From Oculatellaceae cyanobacterium bins.114 (lineage in GTDB: Bacteria; Cyanobacteriota; Cyanobacteriia; Elainellales; Elainellaceae), in the NCBI GenBank assembly GCA_033764315.1, contig JANRJA010000128.1, positions 1 through 31,937 on the forward strand: DNA of 31,937 nucleotides, in the 5' to 3' direction. The position numbers and the translations under genes are program-made. Each line of letters starts with the position of its first letter. The stretch's first letter is position 1. The notes beneath the pieces were generated by a model. The model was given only the letters and a program-made list of their open reading frames with translations, had not been told where the DNA came from and did no database searches. Shown here one piece after another: positions 1 through 9,231 of this stretch.

Positions 1-44
1 CCCAGAGGGGTGCGCCTCTCACAACCCATTTGGGATTGCTATAA
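1..44. mobile_element. Right end of a MITE-like repeat, cut by the window edge
   Basis: Ends in GGGATTGCTA followed by TAA (32-44); the reverse complement TAGCAATCC resembles the TACCAATTC/TAA ends of the complete element at 13833-13946. Small internal hairpin AGAGG..CCTCT. Confidence 0.45.
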
Positions 45-122
45 ATTATTTGTAATGTCTTTAAAGACTGTGTGAATGAACACGAGATAACTTAAGTTTG
101 TCAAGCTAGGCTGTAGAAAATA

Positions 123-1109
123 TTACTTGCTGTGGGCTTCATAGGGTTGCCCGCTCGCTGCCGGAGGAGTTGCTTTGCCACCAAACCCAGCCAAGACAAT
201 GATGGTGAGTAGATAGGGAATGGCTTGATAGAGTTGGGTGGGGATCAACGCTAATGCTGATGAAGTTGCAGTCAGACTGGCAGCCCGAATTTGGATGGCC
301 GTTCCTAAGCCAAACAATAACGATGCACCAAAGGCACCGAGTGGAGTCCAACGACCAAAAATCATGGCTGCTAAGGCAATAAACCCTCGTCCGGCACTCA
401 TGCGTAGAGTAAAAGTGCCGACTTGCTCTAAGCTGAGCCAAACCCCTGCTAATCCAGCGATCGCCCCTCCTATCAAGGTGCTGATATAACGAACCCGTGA
501 GACGTTAATGCCAACTGTATCCGCTGCACGAGGATGTTCTCCTACTGCACGAGTGCGTAACCCCCAAGGTGTATAGAACAACACGTAGTAGATCACACCT
601 GTGAGTAGCAACATCACATATACCAAGGGTTGGTGATTAAACAACAATTCGCCTAATACTGGGATTTGGCTGAGCAGGGGAATGGGGATGCGGGGAAATG
701 TTCCTGGTGAGGTGGGTGCTCCACCGGATGCAGTCATCCAGCGTTGATAGACCCATCCCGTTACCCCCCATGCCAGTAAGTTAATCACCGTGCCACTGAT
801 AATTTGATCGGCTTTAAACCGAATAGACGTGATCCCATGCAATCCTCCTAGCAGTGCTCCTGACAGAACGCCAGCCCCCACTCCTAAGCACAAACTGACT
901 AAAATGGCAGCCTCTCCTAATGAAGCTTGTAGTGGTTCGTAGAGATACATCGCTACTAGTTGAGCCACCATTGCTCCGGTCAGCATCATGCCCTCAATGG
1001 CAATGTTGACTATTCCTGCTCGTTCTGACATGATCCCGGCGTAGGCACCGAGGGCGATCGGTGTGGCAGTGATGAGGGCGAGTTTGAGAAATCCGGTGAG
1101 GTTGTCCAT
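123..1109 (-). CDS. ABC transporter permease, nucleoside/simple-sugar type (YufQ/NupC-like, BPD_transp_2)
   Basis: Hydrophobic 328 aa with SERAGIVNIAIEGMML, ADQIISG, GLRTRAVGEHPRAADTVGINV and GRGFIALAAMIFGRW motifs typical of this family. Confidence 0.92.
   Translation of the reverse strand: MDNLTGFLKLALITATPIALGAYAGIMSERAGIVNIAIEGMMLTGAMVAQLVAMYLYEPLQASLGEAAILVSLCLGVGAGVLSGALLGGLHGITSIRFKADQIISGTVINLLAWGVTGWVYQRWMTASGGAPTSPGTFPRIPIPLLSQIPVLGELLFNHQPLVYVMLLLTGVIYYVLFYTPWGLRTRAVGEHPRAADTVGINVSRVRYISTLIGGAIAGLAGVWLSLEQVGTFTLRMSAGRGFIALAAMIFGRWTPLGAFGASLLFGLGTAIQIRAASLTATSSALALIPTQLYQAIPYLLTIIVLAGFGGKATPPAASGQPYEAHSK
457..464. repeat. HIP1 octamer GCGATCGC (example; many copies throughout the window)
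   Basis: Also seen at 1317, 10119, 10498, 20608 and many other sites; a cyanobacterial genome hallmark. Confidence 0.95.
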
Positions 1110-1140
1110 ACGTTAAAGTGCTGAGTGCTGCGAAATCTGT

Positions 1141-1238
1141 AAAGGCTGAAGGATAAATGATCAAGGATGAAAAAGAAGATGAAAGAGATTTGACTTTAGC
1201 TTTTAGCCTTTAGCCTTTAGCTTTTAGCCTTCATCCTT
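1141..1238. repeat. Heptamer tandem repeat (YTTTAGC x5-6) with an inverted partner
   Basis: ctttagc/ttttagc units at 1194-1228, then cttcatc. AAAGGCTGAAGGATAAA (1141-1157) is an imperfect inverted copy of TTTAGCCTTCATCCTTT (1223-1239). Confidence 0.85.
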
Positions 1239-1248
1239 TTTTTCTGTC

Positions 1249-2358
1249 CTATCCCCATCCTCTGGTTAATCCGCCTTCTTTTTCGATGTCGCTTTGGGGT
1301 AGTCGCAGTCGATAGAGCGATCGCACAATGGCTGGAGCCGCTACAAATAAAAGGATGACGGCTTGAACGATGAAAATCACTTCTTTTGAGACAGCACCGC
1401 CCGATCGCAGTTGCATCAAGTCACTGCCGTTGCGCAAAGCACCAAACAAAATGGCAGAAAGGATAACTCCTAAGGGTTGGTTTTGTCCGAGTAGGGCAAC
1501 GGGAATGGCGTCAAATCCGTAATCACTGGAATAGAGCACTTGCATGGCCCGATCGACTCCCAAGATTTGTACCGCTCCTCCTAGACCTGCTAGTGCTCCA
1601 GATAATGCCAGACTAAGAACTGTGAGTCGTCCCAGCTTCATGCCAGCATAGCGAGCTGTTTCAGGGTTGCTGCCGACGGTGCGGAGTTCAAACCCCAGGG
1701 TAGTTTTACTGAGGAGCCACCCGACAAATCCAGCCGTTAAAAGGGCAAGGAATAACCCCACATGCAGGCGATCGTAGAATCGGGGTAACAGGGCTGTTGC
1801 CAATACTTCTGGGGTGCGAACAACGGTTGGCGAAGGGTCTTTCATCGGGTTTTTGACCAGCCAATCTTGTAAGAAATAGGCTAGATAGTTGAGCATGATG
1901 GTGTTAATCACCTCATGGGAGCCAAATCGAGCTTTGAGAAACCCAGGGATTGCACCCCACAAGCCACCCCCGATCGCCCCAGCCAATAGAGCCGCGATCG
2001 GATGAATGAGGGGCGGCAATGGCACAGCATAGCCCACCCAAACAGCACAGGTTGCCCCCAGTAGAAACTGTCCCGCAGCCCCAATGTTAAACACCCCAGT
2101 GCGGAACCCTAGAGCCAACGCTAACCCCGTAAACATGAGGGGAATTGCGGCCACTAGCGTATTGGCAAAAGCATATTGTTTGAGCAGTGCCCCATCCAAT
2201 AGACCCCGGTAGGTCGTGGCGATCGCGCTCCAATCCCAATTGAGGGCAAAGCCAATCACTGGAATGGTGATCATCATAGCAGTGGCGATCGCTAATAAAG
2301 GGAGTCCCAACTGTCGAGCAGTCTTTGTCAAGCTTGGTCGCGGGCTAATGGTGCTCAC
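1249..2358 (-). CDS. ABC transporter permease, nucleoside/simple-sugar type (YufP/NupB-like)
   Basis: FNIGAAGQ, HEVINTIMLNY, GFELRTVGSNPETARYAGM and GFDAIPVALLG motifs. Start moved to GTG at 2358 (in frame, GGAGG upstream) instead of TTG at 2373. Confidence 0.9.
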   Translation of the reverse strand: MSTISPRPSLTKTARQLGLPLLAIATAMMITIPVIGFALNWDWSAIATTYRGLLDGALLKQYAFANTLVAAIPLMFTGLALALGFRTGVFNIGAAGQFLLGATCAVWVGYAVPLPPLIHPIAALLAGAIGGGLWGAIPGFLKARFGSHEVINTIMLNYLAYFLQDWLVKNPMKDPSPTVVRTPEVLATALLPRFYDRLHVGLFLALLTAGFVGWLLSKTTLGFELRTVGSNPETARYAGMKLGRLTVLSLALSGALAGLGGAVQILGVDRAMQVLYSSDYGFDAIPVALLGQNQPLGVILSAILFGALRNGSDLMQLRSGGAVSKEVIFIVQAVILLFVAAPAIVRSLYRLRLPQSDIEKEGGLTRGWG

Positions 2359-2690
2359 CCCGATTCCCTCCAATGGTGTTTCAACCTTCTTCTAGATTAT
2401 GCTTTAGCTCGAACAAGCGGGAGCATTTAACGTTTATGCTTGCCAGAGTGGGAGTACCTGTTTTCAGTAAAAACTCGGTGGTGGGGACGAAGAAAGCTGG
2501 TGGGCGGATGAACAAACTGCTTCGCAGCGACTCCTCACAAAACTTAAATCTAATGGGATGTACCCACAAAATCACTTTTCGAGATATAAGCTTAATCAAT
2601 AAGCACATTCAGATACAGACCCAAACCTTAAAACACGGTAAGGTTTCTGAGTTTTTAATCCTCTACACTTCATCTATTGAAGAGGTTTTT

Positions 2691-4178
2691 ATGGTTTCAA
2701 TGGCAGAAAAGTTAGCCCATTACCCAATGGTGATTGGCAGTGAAACGGTCGCAACGGGCAGCGAAGACTTAATTGATCCTGCCACTGGTAAAGCGTTTGC
2801 CACCGTGGCACTGGGCACCAAAGCGGATGTCGATCGCGCTGTGGCAGCCGCAAAGAAAGCACAACCCGGTTGGGCAGCGTTGTCCTATGGAGAGCGCAGC
2901 GTTGCCTTAATGAAATTTGCAGATGCGCTAGAGGCGCACTCAGAGGAGTTAGCCCATTTAGAGAGTCAGAATGCAGGTAAAGCCTTAAAACTGACAGTCA
3001 ATGGTGACATTCCCTTTGCGATCGATAACCTGCGTTATTTTGCAGCTGTGTTGCGTCGCCAAGACGGAACTGCTGCTGGGGAATATGCAGGGGGTTATAC
3101 CAGCATGGTGCGCCGTGAACCCATTGGTGTGATTGGGGCGATTACTCCCTGGAACTATCCCTTCATGATGGCAGCTTGGAAGATTGGGCCAGCGATCGCG
3201 GCTGGTAATGCCATCGTCCTCAAACCCGCTCCCAACACGCCCATCACAACCATTCGTCTGGCTGAAATTGCCCTCGAAGCCGGACTCCCTGAAGGCATCA
3301 TCAATATCGTTACAGGGGGTGTTGAAGTGGGTGAAGCCCTCTGTACTCACCCAGACATTGGCATGATCAGCTTTACAGGCAGCACTCGCACAGGCAAACG
3401 AGTGGCAGAACTTGCCAGTCCTTTGATCAAGCGTCTTAGTTTAGAGCTAGGCGGCAAAGCCCCTTTTGTCGTGTTCGCTGATGCTGATATCGAAGCCGCA
3501 GCGCATGGTGCAGTGGTGGGTGCCTATGCCAACTCTGGTCAAGATTGCACCGCTGCTACCCGCATTTATGTGCAAGAAGAAGCGTTTGACGCCTTTTTGA
3601 CTCGCTTTACTGAACTTTCTAAGCAAGTAAAAGTGGGTGCTCCCTTTGATGAAGACACCGACATTGGCCCTCTGTCGAGCCAAGCGCAACTAAACAAAGT
3701 CAAAAGCTATATCGAAGAGGCAAAGCAGCAAGGCATTCAGGTCATCACCTGTAGCGAAGTGCCCTCGGAGGGGTTCTATTGTGCGCCAACGATTATCGTA
3801 GACCCGCCTCAAACAGCCAGTTGTGTTTGTGAAGAAATCTTTGGGCCAGTGATTGTGGTTAAGCGGTTCTCTACAGAAGAAGAGGCGATCGCTCTGGCAA
3901 ATGATACCCCCTATGGTTTAGCAGGCAGTTGTTGGACACTTAACGTGCAACGCGCCATGCGCATGGCAAAAGCTATGCAATGCGGCACAGTGTGGATCAA
4001 TGACCACCTGCCGATCGCCAGTGAAATGCCCCACGGTGGCTTTAAAATGAGCGGTTTTGGCAAAGATATGTCGCACTATGCCCTAGACGAATACACCATC
4101 GTTAAACATGTTGTCTTCGACATCACAGGTGAGCAGCGCAAGGGCTGGCACTTCACCACCTTTGGCAAAGCAGATTAA
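2691..4178 (+). CDS. NAD-dependent aldehyde dehydrogenase, gamma-aminobutyraldehyde dehydrogenase (PatD/Prr-like)
   Basis: PWNYP, KPAPNTP, FTGST, LELGGKAP, NSGQDCTA (catalytic Cys), EEIFGPV and SEMPHGGFKMSGFGKDMS. Start at ATG 2691 after GAGG; the ORF-track extension to 2373 is not ALDH-like. Confidence 0.88.
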   Translation: MVSMAEKLAHYPMVIGSETVATGSEDLIDPATGKAFATVALGTKADVDRAVAAAKKAQPGWAALSYGERSVALMKFADALEAHSEELAHLESQNAGKALKLTVNGDIPFAIDNLRYFAAVLRRQDGTAAGEYAGGYTSMVRREPIGVIGAITPWNYPFMMAAWKIGPAIAAGNAIVLKPAPNTPITTIRLAEIALEAGLPEGIINIVTGGVEVGEALCTHPDIGMISFTGSTRTGKRVAELASPLIKRLSLELGGKAPFVVFADADIEAAAHGAVVGAYANSGQDCTAATRIYVQEEAFDAFLTRFTELSKQVKVGAPFDEDTDIGPLSSQAQLNKVKSYIEEAKQQGIQVITCSEVPSEGFYCAPTIIVDPPQTASCVCEEIFGPVIVVKRFSTEEEAIALANDTPYGLAGSCWTLNVQRAMRMAKAMQCGTVWINDHLPIASEMPHGGFKMSGFGKDMSHYALDEYTIVKHVVFDITGEQRKGWHFTTFGKAD

Positions 4179-4184
4179 GTCTTA

Positions 4185-4260
4185 CAGGTTGGGTGAAGTG
4201 AAGCGGAACTCACTATCCACCCGTTTTGTGTTAAGTTTTACAACCACTTCATCCAACCTG
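4185..4260. repeat. REP/REPIN-like long inverted repeat between convergent genes
   Basis: CAGGTTGGGTGAAGTG (4185-4200) pairs with CACTTCATCCAACCTG (4245-4260), 15/16 plus a G-U pair; may also act as a bidirectional terminator. Confidence 0.65.
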
Positions 4261-4326
4261 CATCTTGAAACGAGACTGCTGCTATAGCGACCCTCCATCA
4301 ACTTTGAAATAAGCGATCGGGCGTTG

Positions 4327-5376
4327 CTAGACATTGATCGAGTTCGACGATTCAGGAATCGTTTTGAACAAATTTCCCAAGACTCGCTCATAACATCTCA
4401 TTGCCGCTTTGCGATGTCCCAGACGTTCGTGAATCCTGCCGAGACTTTGAAACGTTTCATCTAAGGCCGCTTGATCTCCTAGCAATTGAAATAGTGCTAG
4501 GGCTTGCTCTTCATGAGCCAGGGCAGATAGATATAAACCGTCTCGTTGATAGAGAGCAGCAACCGTATGCAGATTGACAGCTTCTCGTCGCAGGTCGTCC
4601 AGGCTCTTATAGGTTTCGAGAGTTTCTTGGGGTGCATCCACAGAAGCGTTGACTGAACTCGCTACTGTTATAGAGCTGAGGTTAGGTAGGTCTGGGCTGT
4701 TTTGCATAGTGTTTTGGAGCATGGCTATGAGGGTGGATGGGGTGATGGGCTGTGCTAAGGATGATGTGGGGTCTTGCGCTATTGCGTCAAATGGTTTCAT
4801 GGCCTCTTGCAAGAGTTGTGCAGACACCCCGTAATATTGTTGAGCTTGTTCGAGTTGCCCTAAATCGATATACACCATTGCCAAATTTTGCAGAGTTTGT
4901 CCAACGGCTAAGTAATCGTCGGCTTCGACATAAGCTTTGAGTGCCTGCTGATAAGCCGTTAGTGCCCAAGTGCCCCGGTTCAATTGTCGATAAATCCAAC
5001 CGATATGACTGGCACTGATGCCCATACCGACTCGATAGTGAATCGCGTTACTGAGCCTAAAAGCGTGTTGATAATAATGTACGGCTTGAGCAAATTCGCG
5101 TTGCTGATAGGCCAATAACCCCAACATCAAGAGGATTTCTGTCATGCCAACAGCATCGCCGATCGCCCGTCGTAGCACCAATGCTTGCTGAAAGGGAGGC
5201 TCAGCTTCTGCCCAACGGCGTTGCTCATAATATTGCCAACCCAGTCTTTGCAGGCGATCGGCTTCTAATCGACAGTTGCGGGTCAGATTAAAACCAGGCG
5301 CAAGGGATCGTAACAGCAGGGCAAGGGCGATCGCTGGAGTATGAGTCAACAGTGAAATCAGACCTTGGGGGCACAT
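4327..5376 (-). CDS. Tetratricopeptide-repeat protein
   Basis: Repeated TPR helices (LGWQYYEQRRWAEAEPPFQQAL, LQNLAMVYIDLGQLEQAQQYY, LGRIHERLGHRKAAMRCYER) split by a Ser/Pro-rich linker. ATG 5376 has GGAGAG upstream. Confidence 0.8.
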   Translation of the reverse strand: MCPQGLISLLTHTPAIALALLLRSLAPGFNLTRNCRLEADRLQRLGWQYYEQRRWAEAEPPFQQALVLRRAIGDAVGMTEILLMLGLLAYQQREFAQAVHYYQHAFRLSNAIHYRVGMGISASHIGWIYRQLNRGTWALTAYQQALKAYVEADDYLAVGQTLQNLAMVYIDLGQLEQAQQYYGVSAQLLQEAMKPFDAIAQDPTSSLAQPITPSTLIAMLQNTMQNSPDLPNLSSITVASSVNASVDAPQETLETYKSLDDLRREAVNLHTVAALYQRDGLYLSALAHEEQALALFQLLGDQAALDETFQSLGRIHERLGHRKAAMRCYERVLGNLFKTIPESSNSINV

Positions 5377-5499
5377 AACCAACTCTCCATTCGTGGAACA
5401 CTCATACAGCTATATCTCTGGAATGGAGAGGAGTTATGCAAGATTTCTCAGTAAATTTAAGGATCAGCTTGATCAGTTTTGCCAGAAATCATGAATACA

Positions 5500-6174
5500 T
5501 CACCTTGGGCGCGATCGGTAATAGTGCCAGAGTAGATGTGCTACCGCACCCCGATAGGGGTCTAACGGCTGAGTCAGTGAGAGCAATTCTGAACGAGTGG
5601 GGCGATGGTCAAGGGATTTGAGCCGTTGATAACCAACTTGAATCGCTAAATCGGACGCTGGAAAACTATTCAACCGATTCAAACAAAACAACAAGTAAAC
5701 TTCAGCCGTCCAAACTCCAATTCCCTTGATCTGAGTCAGTTGCTCAACCATGAATGCGTCGGGTACGGGGGCAATGTCTCCCAACGGTGAGGCTTACATC
5801 GCCTCCAAACTCAACTGATGGGTCAAAATTGCTTCTGCCAATCGCTGACATGTGGCGATTTTGGCTTGGCTCAACCCGGCTTGTTTTAGCGACAGGTCTG
5901 AACAATTGACCCAGTGGTTAGGAGTGAGTTCAATCAGTTGGGTTAATCGCTCAAAAATTGCTCGTGCCGCCTTAGAAGACAACTGCTGCCCCACAATAAT
6001 TCGCACGAGTGACGCAAAACCGGGCGGCCACTGACGAACTTTTAATGCTCCTGCCTCAACTTCAACCCGTTTAAAAGTGCGATCGCGCTCACACACTACT
6101 TCCACAGCCTGTCTTAGCTCAAGGCTGGGCAACACCAGGTCATCGGGTAATGGGGAGGGCACACTAGGCTGCAT
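5500..6174 (-). pseudogene. alkA: DNA-3-methyladenine glycosylase II (AlkA/HhH-GPD family), interrupted by an in-frame TAA inside a 24-nt insertion
   Basis: The N-half (GFASLVRIIVGQQLSSKAARAIFERL, GLSQAK) and C-half (HhH IKGIGVWTAEVYLLF, FPASDLAIQ, PYRGAVAHLLWHYY) are in the same frame, separated by TAA at 5794-5796. Removing 5776-5799 gives an open 216-aa ORF from ATG 6174. Confidence 0.88.
5776..5799. mobile_element. 24-nt SDR-like hairpin element inserted in a HIP1-like octamer
   Basis: GCAAT[GTCTCCCAACGGTGAGGCTTACAT]CGC; the empty site is GCAATCGC (one mismatch to HIP1), and the insert folds into a bulged stem-loop. Confidence 0.7.
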
Positions 6175-6918
6175 CGTGAAAGATAATTCCCAAACAAAAC
6201 CTCTGTCCTGAATGCAAGGAGCTAACCCCATGCTTTAGATTGACTCGATAGGTTCCTCTGGTGCCTTGCACCGGACGATGACTCACGGCAAAAATTACAG
6301 CGTCTCCTTGTTGCAAATTGAGCACATGCACTCGTGACTGAGAGCGTGGTTTTTGTTCTGTTAAGACGAACTCACCCCCCATAAAGTCTTGCCCTGGCTG
6401 ACTCAGTGCGATCGCCACCTGAAGTGGAAAGGTTAACTCTCCATACAAATCCTGGTGCAGACAGTTATAGTCGCCTGTTTCATACTTTAACAACAGCGGA
6501 GTGGGTCGGGTTTGACCTGCTTGATGACAGGTTTCTAAAAAGCGATCGCTCTCATTAGGAAAGCGAGTTTTGAGTTCTAAGGCTTCATGCCAGCGATTGG
6601 ATAGGCTTACTAGTTGAGGATAAAGGCTCTCTCGCAAATTTTGAACAATCGTGGGCAAGGGATATGCGAAATATTGATATTCCCCTTGCCCAAAGCGATA
6701 CTGCTCCATCACAATCCGGCTGCGAAATAGCGTTTTATCAGCGTAACAAGCCGCCAACTGGTGGCACTCACAGGGGTTTAACAGGGAGTTGAGAGTTGGA
6801 ACCCCTGGCGATCGAGCGTTTCTAGAATGGCTGACCAATCCAAGGTGTCAATTCTCTCTGCGACTGAGAGAGGGTCTGGAGCTGAGCCAGGTAAGACTCG
6901 ATTTGAATGCAATTGCAT
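6164..6918 (-). pseudogene. 2OG-Fe(II) oxygenase, Oxygenase-NA/DUF2086-like, with a 1-nt frameshift near 6797-6801
   Basis: The main frame has FRSRIVM..FGQGEYQYF, NCLHQDLYG (HxD), GGEFVLTEQ and LKHGVS..R..LGIIFHDA. The family-like N-terminus (ERIDTLDWSAILETLDRQGF) lies in another frame, from ATG 6918 to TAA 6778-6780. Could also be a sequencing error. Confidence 0.78.
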
Positions 6919-6935
6919 AGAGTGAAGGGCTGAGT

Positions 6936-6966
6936 GTTGAGTGGATTTCGGCTACGCTCAACCCAC
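6936..6966. repeat. Short dispersed palindromic repeat (GGTTGAGCGTAGCCGAAATCC type)
   Basis: GTTGAGTG..CGCTCAAC inverted repeat enclosing ATTTCGGCTA; resembles dispersed cyanobacterial repeats as I recall them. Confidence 0.45.
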
Positions 6967-7018
6967 TGGTTTCAATCCACAGATTATGAGAGTGCTGAGC
7001 GCAGTCAAAGCACGGTTG

Positions 7019-8116
7019 CTAGAACAGGGATGGCTGACTAAGAGCGGATTCTTTGTCTAAGAGGGCTTGTTTGCGATCGCTCCCCCAGCGATAGCCCCTC
7101 AAACTGCCATCACTGCCAACGACTCGGTGACAGGGAATCGCCACCGCAATCGAGTTGTTGGCACAGGCATTTGCTACGGCTCGAACCGCTTTGGGTTTAC
7201 CGATACGTTGAGCGACTTCGGCATAACTGACGGTTGTGCCCGGTGCGATCGCCCGTAGTGCCTGCCAAACCTGCTGTTGAAAAGCAGTTCCCTGAACATC
7301 AAGGGGTAGATCAAGCCCTTGTTGAGGCGTGTCAATCAAACGCAGCACCTGCTCAACCCAGGTCTTAAATGCTACATCTCCTTTAAAGAACTGAGCCTTG
7401 GGAAAATCAGTTTGGAGTTGGGTCGTGAGCTGATCTGGAGTGTCACCAAAGGCGATCGCACAAATCCCCTTAGCCGTTGCAGCAATCAGCACCCACCCTA
7501 ACCAACACGGTTGCACTGTGTACTGAATTTCAATTCCATCAGCCCCTTTTTGATATTGAGAGGGAGTCATCCCCAGCAGAGCAGCGGACTGATCATAAAA
7601 GTTACTGCTGGTCTCAAATCCAGCTTCATAAATAGCTTGAGTCACGGTGTTACTCTCCTGTAACTGATGTCGGATTCGCTTAGTTCGGTGGGCAATCGCA
7701 TATTGTTTAGGCGTAATTCCCACAATTTCCTTAAACACTCGATGAAAGTGGTAGGTACTCAATCCAGCCATCTGCGCCATTGTCTCTAAAGCAGGCAATG
7801 TATCAGAGGCTTCAATGTGCTTACAGACTTCAGCAATGCGCTCAGCCTGTTGTCGGTGAGGCGAAGCCGAATTTGGGCTGCACCGCTTGCAGGGGCGAAA
7901 GCCAGCTATTTCTGCCTCAGTGCAGTTCTCAAAAAACAACACGTTTTCTCGTTTGGGTTGCCGTGATGAACAAGTCGGGCGGCAATAAACGCCAGTCGTT
8001 TTAACCGCATAGAGAAACCTGCCATCAGCGTCAGGATGCTTGTGGATTAGTGCTTCCCAGCGTTCAGCCTCGGTCAAATTAGGAGTCGTTTCGGGGGTCG
8101 TGATGATCTGAGTCAT
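7019..8116 (-). CDS. ada: Bifunctional transcriptional activator / O6-methylguanine-DNA methyltransferase Ada
   Basis: N-terminal Zn/methylphosphotriester motifs VKTTGVYCRPTC and GFRPCKRC, an AraC-type HTH (SxYHFHRVFKEIVGITP) and the C-terminal PCHRV active site. Start at ATG 8116 (MTQIITT). Confidence 0.96.
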   Translation of the reverse strand: MTQIITTPETTPNLTEAERWEALIHKHPDADGRFLYAVKTTGVYCRPTCSSRQPKRENVLFFENCTEAEIAGFRPCKRCSPNSASPHRQQAERIAEVCKHIEASDTLPALETMAQMAGLSTYHFHRVFKEIVGITPKQYAIAHRTKRIRHQLQESNTVTQAIYEAGFETSSNFYDQSAALLGMTPSQYQKGADGIEIQYTVQPCWLGWVLIAATAKGICAIAFGDTPDQLTTQLQTDFPKAQFFKGDVAFKTWVEQVLRLIDTPQQGLDLPLDVQGTAFQQQVWQALRAIAPGTTVSYAEVAQRIGKPKAVRAVANACANNSIAVAIPCHRVVGSDGSLRGYRWGSDRKQALLDKESALSQPSLF

Positions 8117-8165
8117 AGCTCTGATACGGAGGTAAAGATGCTTGAAACGCTTGTGAACTGATTGC

Positions 8166-9203
8166 CTACGCTTGAGAGCGGTCAATCACCGGAGGAATGT
8201 CGCTGCGGCGATGAGGGGCATTAACATAAGGGAACGTTGCACGCGGGAGTTGCGGATCAACCCCTGCTGAGATGGGGCGATTTGTGATGCGAGTCATAAG
8301 AACATCGTAAACGTTATCTGTGAGCGATCGCCCATTCACTCCATTCATTGAAAATGCGGCTACAGTGCCAACCTGGTAAGGCATTGCCACTGGAATCACA
8401 TAGGTATCTGTGACCCGTTCAGCATAGGTTTTTGCATCAGCGATCGCACTGGTCGTAGACACCACCTGGGTTAAATACTCAACCGCATGTTCTCGCTCAT
8501 GAGTAGTCCAATCAAAAGGATGAGCACTGTTGAAAGCATCAAACTCTCCGGGCTTTCCGGCAATCATAAAGGCCGCTAACGGCATACCCCAACGAGAGAC
8601 TTGTTGATAGCCGCCATCAGGCTCTAAACCAGTAATCGTTCCCCAAACTCGAATCAAGTTTGAGTTTCCACCCAACCTCTCATTTGGTAACTCCAACACA
8701 ATCGACATGACATCGCGCCCCTCAAACTTGTTGTTGGGTTGCTGGAAGAATGAGTAATCGGGCTGGCCCTTCGCTATGCTCTCCATAAAGCCAAAATAAC
8801 CCACCACATTGGCAACAAACGGATCGGCAATTAGCCCTGCCCAGACCCGACCACCCGTTTCTAAATGAACGATTTTTTCGAGTCTATCTGCTTGGGCGAT
8901 CGCTATTCCAGGCTCCTCACGGGGAGCACTCCACCCTTGTTGCTCAGAGAGTGTCCAACTGCCATCGGCAGAGGATCTCAACCGATAGCGCAGATCTTCC
9001 TTGAGATCGCCATCTAAATCAATGTTGAGGTCATACGTCGCATCAGGATGAAATGCCTCAGGAGATGATTTGCCGGATCCAGCATCGGGTCCGCTATTGA
9101 TGACAAATACAGTGGATGCGGCTGACGCAGGAAATACATACAGGTCGGTCAAGTTCAATCGACCATCTACTTTTGCGGTCGGAGAATTGAAGTGGTGAGA
9201 CAT
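8166..9203 (-). CDS. DUF4331 family protein
   Basis: MSHHFNSP..RLNLTDLYVF N-terminus, WAG..ADPF, DVMSIVLELP, QVSRWGMP, NGRSLTDNVYD and FPY motifs as recalled for DUF4331; AGGAG RBS; no signal peptide. Confidence 0.78.
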   Translation of the reverse strand: MSHHFNSPTAKVDGRLNLTDLYVFPASAASTVFVINSGPDAGSGKSSPEAFHPDATYDLNIDLDGDLKEDLRYRLRSSADGSWTLSEQQGWSAPREEPGIAIAQADRLEKIVHLETGGRVWAGLIADPFVANVVGYFGFMESIAKGQPDYSFFQQPNNKFEGRDVMSIVLELPNERLGGNSNLIRVWGTITGLEPDGGYQQVSRWGMPLAAFMIAGKPGEFDAFNSAHPFDWTTHEREHAVEYLTQVVSTTSAIADAKTYAERVTDTYVIPVAMPYQVGTVAAFSMNGVNGRSLTDNVYDVLMTRITNRPISAGVDPQLPRATFPYVNAPHRRSDIPPVIDRSQA

Positions 9204-9231
9204 TGAGAATAGCTCCTACTTGGGGGGTACA

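Noticed and set aside
2373..2690. 106-aa N-terminal extension of the ALDH in the ORF track
   Set aside because: Not ALDH-like, covers the divergent promoter region, and a good RBS precedes ATG 2691.
5500..6231. Two separate glycosylase genes, or selenocysteine/pyrrolysine readthrough
   Set aside because: The stop is TAA and lies inside a removable 24-nt insert; the halves form one AlkA-sized protein.
8150..8163. Second Ada box (AAT-CAGTTC-ACAA) just before ada
   Set aside because: It has a mismatch in the GCAA half and lies only ~34 nt from the ATG, leaving no room for a downstream promoter.
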